Of a stretch of 64,000 nt of DNA, positions 52,748 to 62,824 are shown one piece after another. Source of the stretch: Andalucia godoyi And28 (Eukaryota; Protista; Jakobida); assembly GCA_009859145.1 (NCBI GenBank), contig VRVR01000050.1, positions 124,001-188,000 on the forward strand. The letters are read 5' to 3'. Every line of letters begins with the position of its first letter. Positions within the stretch are counted from its first letter, which is position 1. The notes under the pieces are model-generated. The model saw only the letters and a list, made by a program, of their open reading frames with translations. It was not told the DNA's origin and searched no databases. Position numbers and translations under genes: made by a program.

Positions 52748-55132
52748 TTACTGCAGACCAACCGGTGCAGATACGGAAGCGGTGCGAAGCGAGATGGAAT
52801 CGAGTGCGCATTGCGAGATGCAAAGCTCACAGTCGCAGAAAGTTCCAAACAAGTATACGTGGTCCGCTTGTCTCCTAGCCCAGTCCTCGTGAAGTCCGTG
52901 AACAGGAATTCGACCAATGCTGATGGGGCTTCCCTCTGCAATATCAGATTCCGCGACAAGGACCGCAGTGTCTCCGAAACAAATGAGCCTGGCATTCGGA
53001 GCGCAGGCATGACGTGCGGCAGAAAGCGTCATGAAGAGTGCGTAGCTGGAAGATGAAGGATAGTCGTCGGAGGAATGTGTGATTGGAAGTGCCACGCTTG
53101 CTTGTACGGAAATTGAACAGACGGATGCAAGAGCGGACACCGTCGCAACAGAGTAGTCCGAGCAATTCTGTGGAGCGAGACGCAGCTGGATCTGTTGCAA
53201 AGCTGCAGTAGACGGAAGAACGGATGGAGACTGAGACACAGGGGTGCGAGCGATCACCATTCTTGAACAGGAGGCCGCAAGAAGAAGCGAGACGGAGATT
53301 GCGACGAACGCCGCAAGCACAGGTTTGCACAAGCGCCCGTCCTCCATACACAACGCAGTCTCTTCCACCATTCGGCAGAAATCATCGTGTGGAATCCACA
53401 GCTTCATTACATTTTCTGAGACGTTTGAGGCAGCTTCTCCTTTCCCAAGGGAATGCAGCAGCTCTGTCTTCAATGCTTCGAAGTCTCGTGCGCGAACGAG
53501 CTGCAGGATTCTCTTCTTCACCTCCATTTCCAAAGCAGTCCCATGTACTTTTTCATGAAGTTCACGGGCTCGGCGATTTGCAACGACTTCAAAAGGCTCC
53601 AAGTTTCGAGCTGCCGCCGTCCTGCTGGCATCGTGGACGGTCTGTGACTTTCGGTCAGCAAGACGAAGGTGCCCTTCATGCTGCACCGAAGCGACCAGCA
53701 CGGAGGCTTGCGAACGTGTATGTGCACCGGCTGTTGCCGCATGGTAGTCGACAGGCCTCACGATCACAGCTGCATGTTCCACGGCGATGATGTGCCCTCG
53801 CGGAATCCTTGTGACTGCAACAAGCCCACGCTGATCAGAAACGGAAACGCGATGAAGGACGCTCGGAGTCAGCAGCACGCCAGAGAACGAGGAGGCGGAG
53901 AAACTTTCCTTGCTCACACGCAATCTCAAACTGGCCAAGAGGGGTTCAGCTGGATACTCCGACTCGCTCGATCGAATTCGCAAGGCTTCGACGACTTGAT
54001 GGAACGAAGCCGCATTGCGATCTGACTGCGGTGCACTAGCATCGCCCGAAGCAGGGACCTCGAATCCAGCCACCGGCAACACGTCACGCAGAATGGCAGA
54101 GCGGAGGCTGTCGTCTCCAAGAGCAAGAGCCGCTGTGGAGAGCCTCATAAACGACTTGATCGAAGCAGAATCGAGGGCAAACGCCTCGGATGCATCCGCA
54201 TACGCAAGCCCAAAGCATCGGAGATTCAGAAAGCACTGTGCGCGGTTGGACAGCAGTACGCTGTAGTTGGTCCACAGCGTAGGCGGCAGTTCAGCCACAG
54301 AATCTGCGTGCGTCGAAAACGTCTTCACTGCATCGATGGCCAGCGAGTACCACATCGCAGCGTCTCTGTACAAACCACTCGCATACAGCGCCATGTACGC
54401 CCGAACATGCAAGACCAGCGCACTCAGAAACTGCACAGACATGGCCAGGCTCTCCGTCTTTCCAGTCTCCATCAGCGCAGCCAGCTGCTTTCCCATTGCT
54501 GCAGGAACAGGGAACAGTGTTGACGCAGCATCTTTCCACGACAATCCAAGATGCGCAATCCTCGGATCGTAGCGGTAAAACACAGGCTGCAAGCTCGCCG
54601 GGTTCGCAACCGCAAGCACCCGAACACCGGCCTCCAGCACCGCCGCGCAGTACGGGTTCTCAAGGCATGCACACGACGCCCCACTCGCCCCAACACGCAC
54701 GCCATGCACTGCTGAGGAGCCAGAACCTGGCGGTGGGCCCCCGTGCTTGTGTCCGTGTGGCGACAAATCGGGGTCCTTCATGCATGCGACGGACGGAGGC
54801 ACAAAGGGCAGTAGCATAATGCATACCGCGCCCGTATGGTCCATTACGGCCTGGAGCAGCGCGTGAGCAGGAGTGTACCGCGGCGGCCCAACAGCCCTCA
54901 GCGCCACAAACCGACGCGCATGCACTGTGCCGCCATCCATCTCCCGCACAGAAACGCTCGTCCACTCGCCCGCTTCCTCGGGGGCATCTCCAACGGCTGT
55001 AGTACACCGCATTCGGCAAGCCTCAAGCGGATCCTCCGAGAGCGGGATCGGCGCGCCCGTCACGCCGTCGGACGAATAATGCGATACAAGCACATCCAGC
55101 ACTCGCAGCACCGTTGCTATTGGGACAGCCAT
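52748..55132 (-). CDS. TPR + SET-domain (SMYD-like) protein with degenerate catalytic motifs
   Basis: TPR LLSNRAQCFLNLRCFGLAYADASEAFALD; SET-N RGLVAVTRIPRGHIIAVE; SET-C RHACAPN...DIAEGSPISIGR; post-SET FCDCELC. Confidence 0.8.
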   Translation of the reverse strand: MAVPIATVLRVLDVLVSHYSSDGVTGAPIPLSEDPLEACRMRCTTAVGDAPEEAGEWTSVSVREMDGGTVHARRFVALRAVGPPRYTPAHALLQAVMDHTGAVCIMLLPFVPPSVACMKDPDLSPHGHKHGGPPPGSGSSAVHGVRVGASGASCACLENPYCAAVLEAGVRVLAVANPASLQPVFYRYDPRIAHLGLSWKDAASTLFPVPAAMGKQLAALMETGKTESLAMSVQFLSALVLHVRAYMALYASGLYRDAAMWYSLAIDAVKTFSTHADSVAELPPTLWTNYSVLLSNRAQCFLNLRCFGLAYADASEAFALDSASIKSFMRLSTAALALGDDSLRSAILRDVLPVAGFEVPASGDASAPQSDRNAASFHQVVEALRIRSSESEYPAEPLLASLRLRVSKESFSASSFSGVLLTPSVLHRVSVSDQRGLVAVTRIPRGHIIAVEHAAVIVRPVDYHAATAGAHTRSQASVLVASVQHEGHLRLADRKSQTVHDASRTAAARNLEPFEVVANRRARELHEKVHGTALEMEVKKRILQLVRARDFEALKTELLHSLGKGEAASNVSENVMKLWIPHDDFCRMVEETALCMEDGRLCKPVLAAFVAISVSLLLAASCSRMVIARTPVSQSPSVLPSTAALQQIQLRLAPQNCSDYSVATVSALASVCSISVQASVALPITHSSDDYPSSSSYALFMTLSAARHACAPNARLICFGDTAVLVAESDIAEGSPISIGRIPVHGLHEDWARRQADHVYLFGTFCDCELCISQCALDSISLRTASVSAPVGLQ

Positions 55133-55562
55133 CGTTCAGCACCAGAAATAAAAAAACCTGAAACGGAAAGCGGACGGATGGAAAGAAATCTATAAATCCA
55201 AAAAAAATCCAAAAAGCAATTAATCAAACAAATAAGCCAAAAAACGCACGTAATGTGTGTCTGTTGGGCCCCCGTTCTCATTTTTTACCTACGACGGGTA
55301 AAAGTGAAAAAGACTTTTTTTTTTGACTGCCGACTACAGGAAGCGGGTTCCTACTTCGGGCAGTCGTGTCTCGGATTTCGAAAAGCAGTCTCCTGCAGCA
55401 TCGCATCGCTGGGATTAAGAGTCTTTTCTTATGGTGATCTGGTGAATTCGCAAACGTTTACGGACCAGGCTCTTCTTGGATGGTGTTCTTTTGTTTTTTG
55501 TTTTTTTGTTTTGTTTTTGATTTCGATTTCCCTCACACACGTTTGTATCGGTTAATCGGGTA

Positions 55563-56789
55563 CTATGCAGTTTCGTCAAAGAGGGTTCTTCCGATGAGCA
55601 TTCTTCTGATTTCCGACGTTCCGGCACCAATCTCGTAGAGTTTGGCATCGCGGACGATTCGCTCAACTGGATAGTCTCTTGTGTATCCGTTCCCGCCCAA
55701 TGCCTGTACCGCATGGAGGGCGACTTGGGTGGCGTTTTCCGCGGCAAACAAGATTGCGGCAGCGCAGTCCTTTCTGATTTCAATTGACTTTCTGCCGGAG
55801 TCGCAGGCACGGGCAACCGAGTAGACCAGGGCTCGCGATGCAGCGGTCAGTGTGTACATGTCTGCGATCTTTCCTTGCATCAGCTGGAAGGTTCCGATTG
55901 ACTTTCCAAACTGGACGCGGTCATGGACGTAAGGAAGCACAACGTCCAGGCAAGCCTGCATCAGTCCTACCGGTCCCGCCGAGAGCACACATCGCTCGTA
56001 ATCAAGCCCGCTCATGAGGACCTTGACACCCTCGCCCTCTTTTCCAATCACATTTTCCTTTGGAATCTTCACATCCTTCAGCACAAGCTCGCAAGTGTTA
56101 GAGCCCCGCATGCCCATCTTGTCCATCTTTTGCGCGGTGCTGAACCCCTCCATTCCCTTTTCGAGAATAAACGCAGTGATTCCCTTTGCGCCAGCCGCAA
56201 CATCCGTCTTTGCATACAGCACAATCACATCCGCATCCGGTCCGTTGGTGCACCACATCTTGTTTCCGTTCACAGTGTAGTAGTCGCCCGACGAGTGCTT
56301 CTCGGCACGTGTCGCCATCGATACCACATCCGAGCCTGCATTGGGCTCCGACATCGACAGCGCACCAATCGCCTCACCCGAAATAAGCCGAGCAAGGTAC
56401 TTTTCCTTTTGGGCATCCGACGCAGTCCGGCAGAGTCTGTCCACACACAAGTTCGAGTGCGCACCATACGACAGCGCAATCGAGCCCGATGCACGCGACA
56501 GCTCTTCCATCACAATGCAGTGCTCAAGGACCCCAAGCCCCAGCCCGCCGTACTCAGCCGGTGCAGTCAGCCCTAGGAACCCCATCGCGCCAAGCTGTGG
56601 CCACAGCGCATTCGGAAACTCATTCGAGCGATCAACTTCCGCAGCAATCGGCGCAATATTCGTCGCCGCAAACCGCTGCACCGCATCTCGAAGCGCCACT
56701 TGCTCAGTCGAAAGCCCAAAAAGATCCGTCACTGGACCACCAGCAGACGACGAAAACAATCGCGAAATACGAGATGCTGCTCGGAACAT
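55563..56789 (-). CDS. IVD: Isovaleryl-CoA dehydrogenase, mitochondrial
   Basis: Presequence [14 protein letters not shown]; [58 protein letters not shown]. Confidence 0.95.
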   Translation of the reverse strand: MFRAASRISRLFSSSAGGPVTDLFGLSTEQVALRDAVQRFAATNIAPIAAEVDRSNEFPNALWPQLGAMGFLGLTAPAEYGGLGLGVLEHCIVMEELSRASGSIALSYGAHSNLCVDRLCRTASDAQKEKYLARLISGEAIGALSMSEPNAGSDVVSMATRAEKHSSGDYYTVNGNKMWCTNGPDADVIVLYAKTDVAAGAKGITAFILEKGMEGFSTAQKMDKMGMRGSNTCELVLKDVKIPKENVIGKEGEGVKVLMSGLDYERCVLSAGPVGLMQACLDVVLPYVHDRVQFGKSIGTFQLMQGKIADMYTLTAASRALVYSVARACDSGRKSIEIRKDCAAAILFAAENATQVALHAVQALGGNGYTRDYPVERIVRDAKLYEIGAGTSEIRRMLIGRTLFDETA

Positions 56790-57121
56790 TTTCTCTTCTT
56801 TCCCAAAACCACACTGCGCAGTCACCAGGCCAATTGTAAATAATAATAATAATCACAATAAAACAATATAAGAAAAGAAAAGACAAGAACAGAACAGAAA
56901 CAGAGAGACAGTAAACTCTGCATGTAGAATGGAAGAGTTACGAGTGTGCAAGAGGACTGCGAGCATGGAGTCAAGTGATGCTGCAGTGGTCAGCGCGCAG
57001 TGTCTATTTTGACATTTGTGATAATTAATGATTATAATCGTTTTGTGACTTGTATAGTTCATGCTGTAGCTTGTGAGGAAGAAAATAAGAATTCATTGGA
57101 CTTGTGAGCTTTTAGCCAAGA

Positions 57122-57448
57122 ATGACTCGAGTGATGGACGGAGAAAAGGTGCTTGTTGACAGTCGGATGTATTCGATGGCGCACGCGATTGCAAAGACCT
57201 TAGTCCATTCGTCGGCGGTCTTTGTGTCTTCCGCCGTGTCGTTTGGACTTGTGTTTCCGGCTGTCTTGTCCATCATTAGGCTCTACGCTCGGTTTTCAGG
57301 GCCTATGCGCACGTCGCAGTGGGCGGCAACGAGTGCGAAGATGGCTGCAGCAGCCGGAATCGCCGGAATCGGGCTGTGGATTGCAATCGCCACTCTGTGG
57401 AACGTCCTCGATGCGCGACCTCATCGCATCGTCATTGTCCGATCCTGA
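57122..57448 (+). CDS. Small (108 aa) two-TM membrane protein, unknown
   Basis: ATG ORF with two hydrophobic segments, occupying the gap between IVD and the next gene. Confidence 0.5.
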   Translation: MTRVMDGEKVLVDSRMYSMAHAIAKTLVHSSAVFVSSAVSFGLVFPAVLSIIRLYARFSGPMRTSQWAATSAKMAAAAGIAGIGLWIAIATLWNVLDARPHRIVIVRS

Positions 57449-57525
57449 CCTCGCTTGGAATTACTCTTATCTATGATTACTCTTGCTTTCTGCTCTTCTT
57501 GATTTCGACACTAGATAGCGATGGA

Positions 57526-58185
57526 TTAGGAAAGGGGCGGATAGGAGCGTGCAAGCGTCTCGAGGACGGCTGTTGCATCCAGGATGTTGCGCACGCAAAC
57601 GGCACCTCCCAGCGGCTCGGAGGGTGCATGGCCCTGGATGACACGGTGCACGCGGTTCATGAGCGTGCTGACCTGTGCTGGAAGCGCCTGGAACTTCGCG
57701 ACGTGGCTTGCAAGTGCCTCGTACCGTGCATAGTGGAACCGCGCACTTGCATCGAGGAACGACAGCGTAAGAGAGTCCGCAGACTGCAGCGTCGTCGGCT
57801 TACCGCACACATCCACCGTCCGCCCAATGTGCAAGTCCTCTGCGCACAGTGCATTTCCTTTCCTGTCATACACCACAACTAAGTCCAATGTTCATTAGAA
57901 TTACAACAATTGTTATTCTTGTCAGCGCACTCCCTCTTTCGAAAACAACAGTAATCCGACCCACCATATGTTTAAGATAAAACAAAACAAAAACAAAACA
58001 AAACAAAAAAACACGAAAAGTGACGTACTGTCGATAGGCACGGATGCGTGAGGGATTGTGACGGAAAAGACGCAGGTTGCGGGCGTAAACACGAGAACCA
58101 TCTTTTGCCACTCACGATTCTCTTTCCATCTGGACTCGAAATGAAGCGTCGCGGGAACCTCGGGCGCCAACTTGATCAACACCAT
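57526..58185 (-). CDS. DM10-like domain protein; 2 exons (58185-58029, 57878-57526)
   Basis: Phase-1 intron GTACGT(58028)...TCTAAT...TTAG(57879) joins SVPID-IVVYDRKG in frame. LCAEDLHIGRTVDVCGKPTTLQSADSLT resembles the DM10 motif (DL.VG..I.VFG....L..AD.FT). Confidence 0.65.
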
Positions 58186-58326
58186 CCTCAGCACCACCAC
58201 CAGTCGTCGTAATGCAGTACTCGGTATTTCCAACGACTGGCCGGCCTTTCTACGAAAAGGGGCTTTTTGTTTTTGACTTTGTTTTGTATGCTCCTTATTA
58301 TTTTACAGCTGCTTTTTTTCATGTTA

Positions 58327-58774
58327 CGCCTGCATTATACACTGAACATGCAAATCTACGAATAGATATGCATATTCAGTCTTGCATCCCGTCGCCGGGA
58401 AGGGGATAGGCACCCAACACGCCTCATGGCATTCTTCAGATAGATGTTCCGCGCTCCGTTCTCAATCTCGATCAATCGGTGAGCCACTTTCTCAGCGTGA
58501 CGCGTTGTTCCTGAGAAGGGTGCATTTGGATGCTGACGGTCCTAGCAGCAGGCGCTTTCGTGTCGTCAGTTGCAGCGATTGATGCACCTGGAGATACGAG
58601 ATCGTGTCTTGGAAGTTCGCCTCTTGGCAGTGCGCTGAACGAATGATAGATGGCTACGCGTAAGCACGAATTCCTGTGAAACAAACGTGCTAGTGTCGGC
58701 CAGTATTGACCGTGTGTCTGTTTATGTGTACTTCCATCCGTATGCATGACAATGACGTGTCATTATTCATCGGT
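58327..58774 (-). mobile_element. Non-autonomous Fanzor2/IS607-TnpB-derived element, copy D
   Basis: Same left end (ACCGATGAA...), same HTH/RuvC-III junction (RTVSIQMHPSQEQRVTLRKWL..IDRD..NGARNIYLKN) and same 3' structure as copies A/B; ends TGCAGGCG at 58327. Confidence 0.85.
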
Positions 58775-59103
58775 ATAACCCTCCACCCCAAAGGTCTGGT
58801 GGACGGCTTTGAATATCATCGGATAGTATGGCTGAAGGTGTGCAGGTCGAGGCCCAATGAGACGCTGTCGAATATTGAGAGCCGCATTCCTGTAATCGAT
58901 GATGGCGCTGATACGGATTGTAAACGTCACTTTTTTACGCCAATAAAAACCTGTGTCTGAGGCGCAGCATCCGAGCCAAATGCTTGGGAAAAGAGGCTTT
59001 TGGGTTGGAGGGTATTACCTAATAATGAACGGACTATCAGCCAGCAGCAGTACGGGAGTTTTATTATTGATTAATGTTTTTTATCGATGCTTGTGTTGGA
59101 AGT

Positions 59104-59598
59104 CTAGTTTGCGGATTCGTCGAGGTTTGGAATGTTTGCGAGTCGGACTGTGAGATGGGAGGAAGGATGGTGCTTCGTTCCGAATTTTCCTCGAGCGTGG
59201 AACTGGACTCTCTTGATATACTCTCCCTTGGTGACGTACGCCTCGACGATCTTCAGGTCCTTCTTCTCCTTGTCCGCGCTGGCTGCGGAACGCGAGCCAG
59301 CATTAGAGACTGCAGACTGGATTGCAAGCGCCAATGTCTTTGCATGGCGCTTCGGCGAGTGGTCTAGCTGCGCAAGAGCACTCGGGACAGACATCCCACG
59401 AACCATCCGCGCAAGCAAGTTCAGCTTCTTTGGAGATGTCTTCACTCCGCGGAACACGGCCTGCGACACATACCCAGCAACCCCAGCCCCAGCAGCAGCA
59501 GCAGAAGAGGCACCTGACAAGGCCGCTGATGCAGACGACGAGCTTACATTCGACAGCACCGACGATAGCACATCAGACGAGAACAATCGACGAAACAT
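59104..59598 (-). CDS. MRPL22: Mitochondrial ribosomal protein uL22m
   Basis: Presequence, then SPKKLNLLARMVRGMSV..AL, AIQSAVSNA, KRVQFHARGK...SHLTVRL. Confidence 0.92.
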   Translation of the reverse strand: MFRRLFSSDVLSSVLSNVSSSSASAALSGASSAAAAGAGVAGYVSQAVFRGVKTSPKKLNLLARMVRGMSVPSALAQLDHSPKRHAKTLALAIQSAVSNAGSRSAASADKEKKDLKIVEAYVTKGEYIKRVQFHARGKFGTKHHPSSHLTVRLANIPNLDESAN

Positions 59599-59872
59599 TC
59601 CTCTTTTTCCCTTCTCCTTGTGACCACTATTGCAACCACACCCTCTTCCTGATTAACTAACTTTTAAAAAATAATAAAAATTAAAAAGCCATAATAAAAT
59701 GGAAAAAACCAAATTAAATCATATTTATAAAAATCCACTAAACATACACAGAAAGTCCTTTTATTAAATGAGGAATCATTCGAGCACACGTTTGAGAGAG
59801 CGAGAGGAAAGCCTTGAGAAAAGAGAGGCAGATGGAGAACAATAGAAAATGTTTCCGAGTGTATTCATCGAA

Positions 59873-59945
59873 GCCCCTGTAGCTTAGGCGGTAGAGCGCA
59901 ACACTAGTAATGTTGAGGTCGTCGGTTCGATTCCGACCGGGGGCA
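59873..59945 (+). tRNA. tRNA-Thr(AGT)
   Basis: Acceptor GCCCCTG/CGGGGGC, anticodon arm CAACA-CTAGTAA-TGTTG, GGTTCGATTCC, T-run downstream. Confidence 0.97.
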
Positions 59946-60146
59946 AATTTTTTTCCTTTCCCGGCCCTGCCGCTTTCAACCCCACCTTCTGTAGTGACGA
60001 AAGGTCCTATTCTTTCCCGCTCTTTCCATTTATAATGATAATAATTTCCTCAACTCACAAGTAAGAAACGTTTTTTGTTTTTGCAGAAATAACAAAAATA
60101 TCAATAGTAATGATATAATCATAATAATCAAAAATCATCATCATCA

Positions 60147-60192
60147 TAGTAGTAGTAGTAGTAGTAGTAGCAGTAGTAGTAGTAGTAGCAGT
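60147..60192. repeat. (TAG)n microsatellite with CAG interruptions
   Basis: Directly visible upstream of the HDAC ATG. Confidence 0.9.
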
Positions 60193-60226
60193 AAGAAATA
60201 ACTATTTACAAGACAAACTGAGAGGC

Positions 60227-62362
60227 ATGGAGCAGCAGCCAGGAACAGCACCAGCGCCTGCAGCAGCACACGGAAAGTCGCAGAAGCGAGTCCAAACACG
60301 CGGAAGCATGGGCTCGATGATTGCGAAAGCTCGTGAAGCGCTGACTGCAGTTGCGAATACCGTTGGGATTGCGCTGAGTCCTGTGCCGTACGACCGTTTC
60401 TGCGAGCTTGCAGAGTCGGGCGATCCGTACCAGGAGCTGCGGATTTCGTTTCCTGTCTCGACCGACAATCTCGGGTCGTTTGTCCAGTTTCCACTCGCGG
60501 CAGATCGGCAGACACTTGCAATGCTCGACGTAGAGAAGTACTTTGGGCTCTCGAAAAACACCGGACTGCTCATCGAGTCGCCGGCCCCGCTGGCCCCCGT
60601 CCCCAACTCAGATGGCGATGGCGGCAATGGCGAGGACAGCAGCGTGCGGAAAAGGGCGAGTGTCGCGATTGTTGCGTACCAGTACCTGACACCCGGGTCC
60701 ACGTACCTGCTCTTTGGGCGCCGGATCGTGGCGAAACCATCGGCGTCATCGGTGTCATCGACGGCAGCGGCGGATGAGGAGGACGATGGGTTTGCGCAGA
60801 ACAGGTGGATGGACGGAATGTGCGTGCAGCGGACCGGGTTTGTAAGCGACAAGGCAATGGCGCTGCATGCGGGTCCTTCGTATCATCCCGAGCGACCGGA
60901 CCGCCTGAACTATGTGTTTCGGCATCTTGTGGACTCGGGATGTACGCAGCTGTTGTGGAGGATTGCGGCGCGGGAAGCATCGGTCGGAGAGCTGGTTGCG
61001 GTGCATGATGCTGCGTACGTTGACCAGTTTGTTCGGTCGTCGAAATCCGAGGGGCTTCTGCAGACGCTTGTGCAGCAGCTTGGATCGTCGGATCTGTATC
61101 TCAACAAGAGCTCTCTGCGTGCTGCGAAACTCGCAGCTGGGTGTGCAGTCCAGGCAGTCGACAGCGTGCTTCTTGGCTCTGTGAAAAATGCATTTGCACT
61201 TGTGCGGCCTCCGGGGCATCATGCTGGCAAGCGCACTCCGTCAGGGTTCTGCTGGTTCTGCAACTGCGCAGTTGCTGCACAGCATGCCTTGTCATGGAAG
61301 CCACCCTCTTCTTCGTCTTCTTCGCAGGGCACTGTCCATAGCCCATCGGTTGCGACTTCGCCCGACATATCTGCACTCAAGCTGACCGATGCATCCTCCA
61401 GCCCGCAGTCCAGCTGTACCCCCTCCGCACACGCATTTCCGGACACACCAGAGGGCGCCAATATGAGCGTGTCTTCGGTGCAAACGGAGGCGAGCTCCTT
61501 GTGCAGCCCAGGATCGATTGGAGGGACTCCCTTGAAACCTGCTGTTGCGTCGGCGCCCGTGCAGCGCGTGCTCATCGTGGACTGGGACATCCACCACGGC
61601 AACGGCATTGAAGAGATTTTTTATGACCGCCGAGATGTAATGTACATTTCTGTGCATCGGTACGACGATGGAGCGTTTTATCCAGGCACTGGACATGCGT
61701 CGTCGATTGGAGACGGTCCCGGCCGCGGTTTCAACATGAATATTCCGCTCGGCGGAACCGATATTTCGGATGCTGATTATCTTGCCGTATTCACGCATCT
61801 TATTTTGCCTGTTGGGCGTGAATTCGATCCAGATCTTGTGATTGTAGCAGCAGGATTCGACGCTGCCAAGGGAGACCCACTGGGCAAGTCGTCCGTCTCG
61901 CCAGCGTCCTTTGGCATATTCCTAAAGATGCTGATGGAACTCGCGGATGGAAAAGTCGTTGCGGTCCTTGAGGGCGGGTACAATTGCAGTGTTGTGGCGC
62001 AGTGCGTGGAATCCTGCATCAAGACGCTGGCGGGCGCTGCTGACGGAACCGCCTCGAGAACGCTATTGAGGCACGTTTCTCCTTTGCAGCAGTCCAACGG
62101 TGGGGATGGGAACGGCAGCGAAGATGGCTCGAGTGCCAAACCTCGGGTTTCGCAAGTCACGAAGCGTGCCATTCGCACGGTTGCCCAGTTGCTCTCTCCT
62201 TTCTGGCCCTGCTTGGATGTACTCTTGCCTCCCAACGACGAAGAAGAAGCTGCTGCTGCTGCTGATGATGATTCGCAGACAGATACACACGACCCAGCGT
62301 CTGGCTCCGAGGCGAGCGTCGATGATGCAGCGGCGAAGTTCGAAACACTCTCGTTTCACTGA
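60227..62362 (+). CDS. Class II histone deacetylase (HDA1/HDAC6-like, single catalytic domain)
   Basis: HPERPDRL, RPPGHHA, GFCWFCN, VDWDIHHGNG, AGFDAAKGDPLG, LEGGY. Confidence 0.93.
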   Translation: MEQQPGTAPAPAAAHGKSQKRVQTRGSMGSMIAKAREALTAVANTVGIALSPVPYDRFCELAESGDPYQELRISFPVSTDNLGSFVQFPLAADRQTLAMLDVEKYFGLSKNTGLLIESPAPLAPVPNSDGDGGNGEDSSVRKRASVAIVAYQYLTPGSTYLLFGRRIVAKPSASSVSSTAAADEEDDGFAQNRWMDGMCVQRTGFVSDKAMALHAGPSYHPERPDRLNYVFRHLVDSGCTQLLWRIAAREASVGELVAVHDAAYVDQFVRSSKSEGLLQTLVQQLGSSDLYLNKSSLRAAKLAAGCAVQAVDSVLLGSVKNAFALVRPPGHHAGKRTPSGFCWFCNCAVAAQHALSWKPPSSSSSSQGTVHSPSVATSPDISALKLTDASSSPQSSCTPSAHAFPDTPEGANMSVSSVQTEASSLCSPGSIGGTPLKPAVASAPVQRVLIVDWDIHHGNGIEEIFYDRRDVMYISVHRYDDGAFYPGTGHASSIGDGPGRGFNMNIPLGGTDISDADYLAVFTHLILPVGREFDPDLVIVAAGFDAAKGDPLGKSSVSPASFGIFLKMLMELADGKVVAVLEGGYNCSVVAQCVESCIKTLAGAADGTASRTLLRHVSPLQQSNGGDGNGSEDGSSAKPRVSQVTKRAIRTVAQLLSPFWPCLDVLLPPNDEEEAAAAADDDSQTDTHDPASGSEASVDDAAAKFETLSFH

Positions 62363-62824
62363 AGCCCGAGAGGAGCACAAAAAGAAGTAGACCAAACACT
62401 GGCGTCCGGTGGAGTTGGTATCAGATCGATATTCGATACACTCTGGACATTTTGTGCAGAGCGCAGTCCACGCGTCCGTGCTGCAAAAAAAGAAACAAAA
62501 CCAAACAAACAAAAACGGGTCGAAGTGGTTTTGCGGCCAGTAACGTGCGCGGCGGACTCTGCTCTGCGCAGTGCCTCTCGAGCATTGTGTCGCCTGTGAC
62601 ACGGAATGCAACGTGTCGTGGATGCACTGCAGAAGGTCCCCACGGGGAACCCTCCTGCTGTAAACAACAAAAAACAATAACAATAAAAGCACAGCTAGCG
62701 TCAAGCGCAACATTCAAATTTTCAAAAGAACAACACCTTTCGTTTGGCTTGATGCTAACGAGTCGGGGAATAAGAAACAAACCAATACAACAAACAAAAG
62801 CAAAAACAAAAAGCAAAGGGATGA

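Noticed and set aside
62063-62713. 216-aa minus-strand ORF with signal-peptide-like start
   Set aside because: It overlaps the HDAC 3' end antisense, the hydrophobic start looks like a T-rich tract, and no family is recognised.
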